Source: a virus (lineage: Duplodnaviria > Caudoviricetes). From it: a DNA stretch of 63,794 bases. Location of the stretch: positions 1 through 63,794 of the IMG/VR virus record IMGVR_UViG_3300037440_000749; one strand, 5' to 3'. A program made the position numbers and the translations under genes. Below the pieces are notes generated by a model, which had not been told where the DNA came from, did not search any database, and saw nothing but the letters and a program-made list of their open reading frames with translations. Shown piece after piece: positions 57,000 through 63,794 of the stretch (its first letter is position 1; each line of letters begins with the position of its first letter).

Positions 57000-57527
57000 A
57001 TGCCAACCATGGGCTATCACGCTTTACTGGTGGCACTAGAAGACGAACGACACCACCTCCTCCCCGACACCAGCCAGGCGGGCCTCCGCCGGTACGCCCT
57101 GCTGGGCGACTACGCCAACCATGCCCGCAATGCCATAGCGGAGCGCGAGGCCATGGCTGAGGAGGAGATGGGATTAGCCAGAGCCGCCGTAACGGCGAGC
57201 CAGATGCACCGTACGCATGGCCACGGCGGGGTGGCCAGCGCCCCTGTGCCCGAAAAGGTCTGTGTCCCTCAGCTTGGCCTGGTTGGTGGGGATCGCCCGG
57301 CGAAGCTGTTTGGGGATCTCGCAATGGCCTGGCTAGCGTTGACCAATGCCCTGGATGCCCTGTGGCAGTGTGCGCCACAGGCGCGGAATTACCCGACGCC
57401 GGAGGTGTTCGCCCAGGCGCAGGCCCAGCACACCAGGCGCATGGAGATTCTTGACGCTCTGCGCGCGGAGATTTTTGCTGAGTCGCAGGGGATTGAAGCG
57501 CAGGGGACAGGGGGCGAGGCGCCATGA
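57000..57527 (+). CDS. Hypothetical early protein
   Basis: AAGGAG RBS. Confidence 0.7.
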   Translation: MPTMGYHALLVALEDERHHLLPDTSQAGLRRYALLGDYANHARNAIAEREAMAEEEMGLARAAVTASQMHRTHGHGGVASAPVPEKVCVPQLGLVGGDRPAKLFGDLAMAWLALTNALDALWQCAPQARNYPTPEVFAQAQAQHTRRMEILDALRAEIFAESQGIEAQGTGGEAP

Positions 57528-57733
57528 GGCACCAGAAGCCCCGCTGGGCGAAGGGTGGCGAGCCCGTCAATCTGGCCGCCGCCGCGCAAGATGCCCTGGA
57601 GTGGCTGGTGCTCTTTCACCAGCGAGGACTGACCCGGCATCGTCCGGAAGAGGATGCGCGCCTGGCACGGTGCATTCTGGCGCTGCAACAGTTTTTACCT
57701 GAACCAACGGAGACAGTGGAGGGTGTAGAGTGA
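57524..57733 (+). CDS. Hypothetical early protein
   Basis: ATGA overlap. Confidence 0.65.
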   Translation: MRHQKPRWAKGGEPVNLAAAAQDALEWLVLFHQRGLTRHRPEEDARLARCILALQQFLPEPTETVEGVE

Positions 57734-57812
57734 CGAGTGGAGAGCCAGGAACACTTCACGCTACGTGTCTTGTGTTGGCTCTCCACTTCTCTGCTAGTCA
57801 CTCTCCACTCTC
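57714..57812. repeat. Inverted heptamer-repeat hairpin between convergent genes
   Basis: AGAGTGAC-GAGTGGAGAGCCA ... TGGCTCTCCACTT...GTCACTCT. Confidence 0.75.
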
Positions 57813-58238
57813 TTCCCCCAGTTGCGGCAACCCGGCCAGGGTGCGCAAATCCTGGCAGATTTCGTAGCCGCGTTGGCCAGGCCGGTAATGGGATTCCAGC
57901 GCCAGAATAATCGGCACCAGGGCCTCATGCCGGCGCTGGTCCGGCATGCCGTACAGCAGGTCAGGGATGCGCGCTAAGGGCTCTTCTTTGTCCTCCCCCG
58001 GCTCCAGAAAAAACCGGTGCAGCGGAATGTGCAAGATGCTGGCAAGGCGCGTCATCACCTTAATGCTCGGGACCTTCTCGCCGCTCTCACAGCGCGCAAC
58101 GACGGTCCGCTCACCATTGATGGCCCTGGCCAATTCCTCCTGCGTCAACCCCTTCGCCGTGCGAAAAAGTTTCAGCCGTGCTCCTATCCTGTCCGCAGAT
58201 GCTCGCTCCTGGCTCACCGTCATGACTCCACTCATCAT
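57798..58238 (-). CDS. XRE-family repressor
   Basis: IGARLK..R..KGLTQEELA...RCESG...P. Confidence 0.92.
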   Translation of the reverse strand: MMSGVMTVSQERASADRIGARLKLFRTAKGLTQEELARAINGERTVVARCESGEKVPSIKVMTRLASILHIPLHRFFLEPGEDKEEPLARIPDLLYGMPDQRRHEALVPIILALESHYRPGQRGYEICQDLRTLAGLPQLGEESGE

Positions 58239-58287
58239 GTGTCTCTCCTCTGTGCTCTGGGCATAAAATCGTGCCTGAGTGTGGAGT

Positions 58288-58350
58288 GTGACACATCGTC
58301 ACGTTTTTGGCAAGTCCTGGCTTGTAGGACGGCAGCCGACGGCGTACAAT
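58288..58350 (+). promoter_or_regulatory. Promoter/operator between the divergent XRE genes
   Basis: TTGTAG-N17-TACAAT (58322-58350); palindrome GTGAC-N5-GTCAC near 58288-58302. Confidence 0.55.
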
Positions 58351-58400
58351 GAGGGTAACCTTCCTGTGTGGTTCACGTTGTGGCAAAGGAGACCCTGCAC

Positions 58401-58610
58401 ATGAAACTCTATCTACAAGCCTGGCGTTATGCCGCTGACCTCAGTCAAGAAACCGTGGCCGAGCAGCTTGGGATTACCCGGTCAGGACTGTCTCGCTACG
58501 AAGGCGGGTCGCGCCCGCTGCCGGTCTCCTTGCTCTGGCGAATCGCCGCCCTGTACGGGTGCTCCGTCGATGATTTGTCGCGGCCTCCGGCGCTCGTGAG
58601 CATCAGCTAA
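58401..58610 (+). CDS. XRE/Cro-like HTH regulator
   Basis: LSQETVAEQLGITRSGLSRYEGG. Confidence 0.9.
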   Translation: MKLYLQAWRYAADLSQETVAEQLGITRSGLSRYEGGSRPLPVSLLWRIAALYGCSVDDLSRPPALVSIS

Positions 58611-58852
58611 TTGCGCCGTTGCCTGGCGTCATCCCGGCGCTGCCGGGATTCTTCCTCGTCGCACCACTGTTCGATCACCGCTAGGGTTTCAATCGTCAGG
58701 TTACTCCCGCGTAGAAACCGCTCTAGGGTCATTCGCCCTGTGCCAGTCTCTTGCCCAACGACCACCAGGCTCACCCGCCCCCGTGGCCGCTGACGCCGCA
58801 GCAACTCAAACCGCTGCCGAAGCGCCGCAATACTCGCAATCACTGTAGACAC
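58607..58852 (-). CDS. Probable HTH protein
   Basis: AAGGAG RBS with GTG start; SL..VGQETG.GR.TL.RFL.G; downstream of the leftward promoter. Confidence 0.65.
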   Translation of the reverse strand: MSTVIASIAALRQRFELLRRQRPRGRVSLVVVGQETGTGRMTLERFLRGSNLTIETLAVIEQWCDEEESRQRRDDARQRRN

Positions 58853-59014
58853 AATTCTTCTCCTTTTTTTCCCAAGGGCACAATTTCCGCTTGACATGTG
58901 TATCTTACATGATACACTCAGTCACGTCAAGCATGAACGCTGTGCCCAATGCACACTTTCCCCTGTAAGTGAGAGGCGCGAAGCGCGCCAACCCCTCTTC
59001 AAAGGAAAACACCC

Positions 59015-60232
59015 ATGGCCCGTACCCTTCCCAGTAGTCCCAGAGAGATTGGCCGGATACGGTTGGGCGACCAGCAGCCGACCCGCAGCGGCAAGATGGC
59101 CCCGCATAAACTGGACCGCTTTCGCCTCACCAGTGATAGCCCGGCGGTGCTCCAGTCGGCTGCTAAAGCCTATGGCGGTGAGGTGGTTGACTGGCCAGCG
59201 GATGATCGGCACCCCAAGGATGAGTATCAACTGTACACGACGTCCGAGGCCATCCGCGTGACCATCCCGGTGCATTATGCTCTGCACGTGAGCTACGAGC
59301 AGTGGAGTGCAGGCGGCTGCATTCAGCGCTGCGATGGCAGCCTGATCACGCATTGCCCCTTGACGCCAGAGAAGATCGGTACGGATTGCGAGTGCGAGGA
59401 CCAGCAGGAGAACGCCTGTCCGCGCCTCGTGCGCTTCAACGTGCTCTTGACCGAGGTGAGCGGCCTGGGCGTCTGGCGCCTGGAAAGTAAGGGGTACTAC
59501 GCGACGGCACAATTGGTCAACGACATGGAGAAATTTCAGGCGTTTGGCTTGCGCGGCATGATGGTGCCTGCCTGGTTGCGGCTGGCCTCCCAGGAACGGC
59601 GGTTGCTGGTGAAAGGCGATCTACGCGATTGCCCGATCTGTAGCCGGAGCCAGGCGGCAAAGACCATGAGCGGACCGAAAAAAGATCGGCATACCGAGAC
59701 GCGCCAGTTTTTCGTCCCGACGCTGGAGTTTCTGATCACGCCCGAGGATTTCATGCTGGCTGCTGCTGAACGGCGCCCGGAGTTGTTGTTGCCACCCAGT
59801 CAACGCCCGCAGTTGGCCTTGCCTGCTCCGCCAGAGGACTTCAAGAGCCGGGTCGATCTCTTGTGCGGAGAGGAGACGAACCCCACCGCGCACACCCCCG
59901 CGTCCCCACAGCCAGCCAACGGTACGCTCAGTGCCCCACCTGAAGACGAGCGCGACAAACGCGCCCTGGTGAACCAGATCGATATGGAGCTCCGCCGACG
60001 CAAAATGCCCCAGGCCGACTTCTGGCCGGATATTCTGGCGTCGTATGGGGCGACTACGAAAGGGCAACTGCCCCTGGCGGTGTTGCGGGAGACCCGAGAC
60101 GACCTGTTGGCGACGGATTGGATTGCGGCAGCAGATGCGCCTTTGCCCTTTGCCCTCGTGAAGGAGGGGACGGAGGCGCTGCCCTTTGGGAGCGATCCCG
60201 AGGAAGCAGCGGCCCAGGGGAGTAAGGCGTAA
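59015..60232 (+). CDS. Gp3-like protein, second allele
   Basis: Near-identical protein to 145-1362 with many synonymous changes. Confidence 0.75.
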   Translation: MARTLPSSPREIGRIRLGDQQPTRSGKMAPHKLDRFRLTSDSPAVLQSAAKAYGGEVVDWPADDRHPKDEYQLYTTSEAIRVTIPVHYALHVSYEQWSAGGCIQRCDGSLITHCPLTPEKIGTDCECEDQQENACPRLVRFNVLLTEVSGLGVWRLESKGYYATAQLVNDMEKFQAFGLRGMMVPAWLRLASQERRLLVKGDLRDCPICSRSQAAKTMSGPKKDRHTETRQFFVPTLEFLITPEDFMLAAAERRPELLLPPSQRPQLALPAPPEDFKSRVDLLCGEETNPTAHTPASPQPANGTLSAPPEDERDKRALVNQIDMELRRRKMPQADFWPDILASYGATTKGQLPLAVLRETRDDLLATDWIAAADAPLPFALVKEGTEALPFGSDPEEAAAQGSKA

Positions 60233-60364
60233 AACAATGACGCGCCTGTGCAAATGTCTCCTGGTTTCCCTGCTCATCCGCGTGTGGGTGATCACGCCGT
60301 TAGGCGCCACGCGCCTGGCTGCCGTCATCCGCTGGTGTTGGCCAGGCTTTAAGGGAAGGTAGCT

Positions 60365-62137
60365 ATGGATATCGCCAGTATTGCCCAGCAATGTCAGGGC
60401 GCGCACAAGGACAAGGACGGCTGGCGAGCGAAGTGCCCGGTGCATCAAGGGCACTCGGATACCTCGTTGCATCTCTGGGAAGAGGGCGAGACGTTCCATG
60501 TTCATTGTTTTGCCGGGTGCGCGCCTGCTGATATTTTGCGTGTGCTCGATGTCGAGCGCCCAACAAAGCGCAGGGATGTCTACGAAGCCATTTATACCTA
60601 TCACGACGCGCAAGGCCATGGCGTCTATCAGGTGGTGCGTCTCCCGAAGAAACAGTTTCGCCAGCGTCGCCCAGATCCGGTACAACCTGGCGCCTGGATC
60701 TGGGATATGAAAGGCGTCTCTCGTCTCCTCTATCGCCTACCGGAAGTCCTCCAGGCCGTGACGATGAAACAGCCGGTGTATCTCGTTGAAGGAGAGAAAG
60801 ACGTCGAGACGCTCCGCAGGCTTGGCGTGGTAGCCACCTGCAATGTGGGTGGAGCCAACAAGTGGGATGATAATTACAACGAGAGTCTGCAAGACGCTGA
60901 GGTGGTCGTACTCCCGGACAACGATGCCCCCGGCCAGCAACACGCCCGCCTCCTTGCTGCCCGTTTACGCGGCATTGTCCGGCGGTTGACCATTGTCCAT
61001 TTGCCGGATCTCCCAGACAAGGGCGACGTGAGCGACTGGGTCACCGCTGGACACGGGATCACCGACCTCCAGGCACTCACGCTCACGACCCACCCGAGTA
61101 TTGAAGCCCCCCATCTCATTATCACGAAGCTTGCGGATGTTGAACCTGAAGCGGTGGCCTGGTTGTGGGAACCCTATATTGCGTGCAACAAACTCACCTT
61201 TCTTGAGGGCGATCCTGGCCAGGGGAAAACCTGGTTAATGCTGGCCATTGCCGCCGCCATCACCAGGGGCTACCACCTCCCTGACCAAGACGGACGGGTT
61301 GGTGTGCCACATCATGAGGCTGGCCACGTGATTTACATTACGGCTGAGGATGGCATTGCGGATACGCTCCGCCCACGTGCCGAGAAAGCCGGCGCCGACC
61401 TCTCAAAACTCTTTGTCGTTGAGGGCTGGAGCGCTGGCGGAAACATCGAACCGTTCTCCTTTCAACACCTTAGCCTGCTGGCCGACGTAATCCACGATAT
61501 GCAGGCTCGCATGGTCATTCTTGATCCGATTCAAGCCTTCCTAGGGGGGAAGGTGGATATGTTTCGCGCCAATGAAGTCCGGCCCTTTATGGCCCAGCTC
61601 GGGCGGCTGGCTGGCGTGCATCGCTGTGCCATTATCGCTATCCGGCATTTGACCAAAGGCACCGGCAAGGCGATGTATCGCGGGCAAGGCAGTATCGATT
61701 TTACGGCTGCAGCTCGTTCGGTACTGGTCGTAGGAGAAAGTCTCGAAGATGAAAGCAAGCGCATCCTGGCGCAGAGCAAGAATAGCCTGACTGAGAAAGG
61801 TGCCAGCCTGGTGTATCAGATCACCAATGAGGGCTTTTTCTGGTGTGGCACTACGCAAATAAATGCGGATGAACTGCTCTCGAATCAACCCCAGAAACAT
61901 CAACATCAACGACAGGCTGTCGCCGATTGGCTGCTTGACCTGCTCCGCCATGGCGCAAAACCCGCCACGCTTATCTATGACGAGGGCAGTGCGCAAGGCA
62001 TGGCCAAACGCACCATTGACCGGGCGAAGGCCAGTCTGCACGTGCTGACCTACAAACAGAATAGTCGCTCGTATTGGAAGTTGCCAGGCATTGCCCGATC
62101 CTGGGAAGGGGAGGACCGTGACGACTTGCCTTTCTGA
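60365..62137 (+). CDS. Primase-helicase (zinc finger + TOPRIM + AAA_25)
   Basis: KCPVH...HCFAGC, VEGEKD, PDND, GDPGQGKT, VILDP. Confidence 0.93.
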   Translation: MDIASIAQQCQGAHKDKDGWRAKCPVHQGHSDTSLHLWEEGETFHVHCFAGCAPADILRVLDVERPTKRRDVYEAIYTYHDAQGHGVYQVVRLPKKQFRQRRPDPVQPGAWIWDMKGVSRLLYRLPEVLQAVTMKQPVYLVEGEKDVETLRRLGVVATCNVGGANKWDDNYNESLQDAEVVVLPDNDAPGQQHARLLAARLRGIVRRLTIVHLPDLPDKGDVSDWVTAGHGITDLQALTLTTHPSIEAPHLIITKLADVEPEAVAWLWEPYIACNKLTFLEGDPGQGKTWLMLAIAAAITRGYHLPDQDGRVGVPHHEAGHVIYITAEDGIADTLRPRAEKAGADLSKLFVVEGWSAGGNIEPFSFQHLSLLADVIHDMQARMVILDPIQAFLGGKVDMFRANEVRPFMAQLGRLAGVHRCAIIAIRHLTKGTGKAMYRGQGSIDFTAAARSVLVVGESLEDESKRILAQSKNSLTEKGASLVYQITNEGFFWCGTTQINADELLSNQPQKHQHQRQAVADWLLDLLRHGAKPATLIYDEGSAQGMAKRTIDRAKASLHVLTYKQNSRSYWKLPGIARSWEGEDRDDLPF

Positions 62138-62138
62138 T

Positions 62139-62290
62139 GTTGGCAACCTTGGCAACCTTGGCAGTGTTGGCAATGTTGGCAGTGGCAACGTTGCCAACTT
62201 GAACAATCGCAACCAAGTTGGCAACGTTGGATTGTTGCATAGTTTTTCAATGAGTTGGAGAGATTTTTCTTCAAGGTTGCCAACTTCTGT
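62139..62290. repeat. Putative replication origin 2: 9-bp iterons
   Basis: Five tandem (G/C)TTGGCA(AC/GT/AT) units from 62139, palindrome GGCAACGTTGCC, further direct and inverted copies to ~62284. Confidence 0.8.
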
Positions 62291-62338
62291 GAAGTTACAC
62301 GCGCGCGTAGCAAACAACATGCCAGAAGAGGAAATAGG

Positions 62339-62554
62339 ATGGATTTTGATCAACTTCTCCAATGGATTCAACAGTGCTGTCCAGTGAAGGCTTTTGATTG
62401 TCGAGAGTTAGCCTGGCGTGTCGCCTCTGAAACCGCCTGGGATCCCTGTCTGCTGAATGAATCGACACATACGAGTGTTAGGCGGGCCTGTAACCGACTT
62501 GTCCGCGAGGGATTCTTTGTCCGCCTGCGTTTTCACCTCTACCAACGTCGTTGA
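62339..62554 (+). CDS. Small winged-helix-like protein
   Basis: SVRRACNRLVREGF pattern. Confidence 0.55.
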   Translation: MDFDQLLQWIQQCCPVKAFDCRELAWRVASETAWDPCLLNESTHTSVRRACNRLVREGFFVRLRFHLYQRR

Positions 62555-62564
62555 GGAGGCCGTG

Positions 62565-62915
62565 ATGAAGGAAGTATGTCCCCCCACGCCGCTGGCTGAG
62601 GCCACCGCGCAGCTTGAAGCCCTGGGCTTTACCGTCGAGGTGGTGCCTGCCCCTGAGCGCCAGGCGCCCGTCAACCTCACCCCCGCCCTCCACCTGAAAC
62701 AGTTCCTCGTGGCCTACGTCCACACCCATGCCCCCGCCCAGAGCACAGCCATTGCCGGCGACCCGGCATACCAACAGCTCCTGCGCCAGTTCGACGCCGC
62801 CTGCCTGGCGGGCGATGCGGCGGCCATCAAAACCACCGGCAACGCTGTGGCGCTGTGGGTGAAGAAGACAGTGACGAGTGGAGAGCGAAGAAGTGGAGAG
62901 ACCGATGAGTTTTGA
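62565..62915 (+). CDS. Hypothetical protein, allele of 3347-3691
   Basis: Protein similarity to the left copy. Confidence 0.75.
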   Translation: MKEVCPPTPLAEATAQLEALGFTVEVVPAPERQAPVNLTPALHLKQFLVAYVHTHAPAQSTAIAGDPAYQQLLRQFDAACLAGDAAAIKTTGNAVALWVKKTVTSGERRSGETDEF

Positions 62916-63180
62916 CTGCGAGCACAGGATCTATCGCCAATGGGACCAGGAGATCCATAAGGAACGCGCTGCGGCAAAGGCTGCCAGGGAGGCATTGCGC
63001 CTGAGCAAGGAGACCCCTCTGGGGCCAACAACCTATATCAATGTGCCACACCTGAAAGGCACGATCCTCCGCCTGACCGAGGCGGAATACCGGCGCGCCT
63101 TACACCGTGGCAAGCTCTGGCAACGCGGGGAGCGCACCGCCGCGAGAAACCCAGTGGAGCGTGACGAGCAGAAGAAGTGA
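62905..63180 (+). CDS. Hypothetical protein, allele of 3681-3947
   Basis: Protein similarity to the left copy. Confidence 0.75.
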   Translation: MSFDCEHRIYRQWDQEIHKERAAAKAAREALRLSKETPLGPTTYINVPHLKGTILRLTEAEYRRALHRGKLWQRGERTAARNPVERDEQKK

Positions 63181-63212
63181 CGAGCCACATCCACGCCAAG
63201 AAGGAGCATGAC

Positions 63213-63557
63213 ATGTCTACTGAGAATAACACGATCACTCGCCGCAACGGCAGCATTATCGCTGCTGGGGCTGAAACATTGCGTGACCTGGCTGAACGCC
63301 ACAAGACCGAGTTGACCGGGGCCAATTTACGCTTTGCCCATTTGTTCGAGGCTGATTTGTCCGGGGCCACATTAACCGGGGCCGATTTGACCGGGGCTAA
63401 TTTGTCTGGGGCCAATTTGTTCGAGGCTGATTTACGCGGGGCTGATTTGTCTGGAGCCGAGTTGGCCGGGGCTGATCTGCGCGGGGCTGATCTGCGCGGG
63501 GCTGATCTGCGCGGCGTCGCGACGCTCACGGAACAAGATAGGCGCATAAGTGACTAA
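63213..63557 (+). CDS. Pentapeptide-repeat protein
   Basis: Tandem A(D/N)LxG repeats; AAGGAG RBS. Confidence 0.9.
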   Translation: MSTENNTITRRNGSIIAAGAETLRDLAERHKTELTGANLRFAHLFEADLSGATLTGADLTGANLSGANLFEADLRGADLSGAELAGADLRGADLRGADLRGVATLTEQDRRISD

Positions 63558-63585
63558 TCACTATCCACTCTCTCAAGGAGCCCCC

Positions 63586-63777
63586 ATGCACCGACACCTC
63601 AATGATGGCCTGGCGCCCAACCGAGTGCACCCAGGCCAGATGATTCTTGATCCCTCACAACCCCACGACCGTGAACGCACCGTCGCTCTCATGGCGCAGG
63701 CCATCCGGGTGATGCACGCGGTCATCTGGGAAGCCTATCTGGCGGCGTATAAGCAACGGCGAGAAGACAGTGGATAG
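63586..63777 (+). CDS. Hypothetical protein, allele of 3979-4167
   Basis: Protein similarity to the left copy. Confidence 0.75.
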   Translation: MHRHLNDGLAPNRVHPGQMILDPSQPHDRERTVALMAQAIRVMHAVIWEAYLAAYKQRREDSG

Positions 63778-63794
63778 TGACTAGCGAAGAAGTG

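Larger units (their letters stand above)
58872..63777. repeat. Right copy of diverged duplicated region
   Basis: Homologous to 1-4167 except for the swapped replication module and the pentapeptide-gene insertion. Confidence 0.95.

Noticed and set aside
58872-60232. Simple circular-assembly overlap or direct terminal repeat
   Set aside because: Identity breaks at position 117, and the copies differ by many substitutions and whole genes.
1-63794. Genome-wide reassignment of TGA
   Set aside because: TGA serves as a normal stop in many ATGA overlaps, and long genes have no internal TGA; readthrough signs are confined to 8152 and 8487.

Overview
The window is an apparently complete, ~58.9 kb, GC-rich tailed-phage genome with podovirus-type morphogenesis genes: portal, scaffold, capsid, tail adaptor and nozzle, three ejection proteins (one with a lytic transglycosylase), fibre and spike. 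It is followed by a second, diverged copy of its first ~4.2 kb in which the replication gene and its iteron origin are replaced by a different pair. I saw no integrase, reverse transcriptase, CRISPR array or tRNA. Main observations: (1) two adjacent small genes at 8062-8744 each have one in-frame TGA in a U-P-x-x-C motif followed by a SECIS-like hairpin, making them candidate phage selenoproteins; (2) a ~10 kb block of fibre-like, acidic, Cys-paired proteins, plus the tailspike-like gene, carry Sec-type signal peptides; (3) there is a near-perfect chromosomal-type parS site and a perfect DnaA box but no par or integrase genes; (4) dispersed heptamer repeats mark module boundaries and bracket an inserted gene; (5) an early small-gene array is punctuated by a repeated hairpin-RBS element; (6) there is a phage-borne PEP-CTERM gene and a split large terminase. 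All calls come from reading motifs by eye; no searches or folding programs were run.
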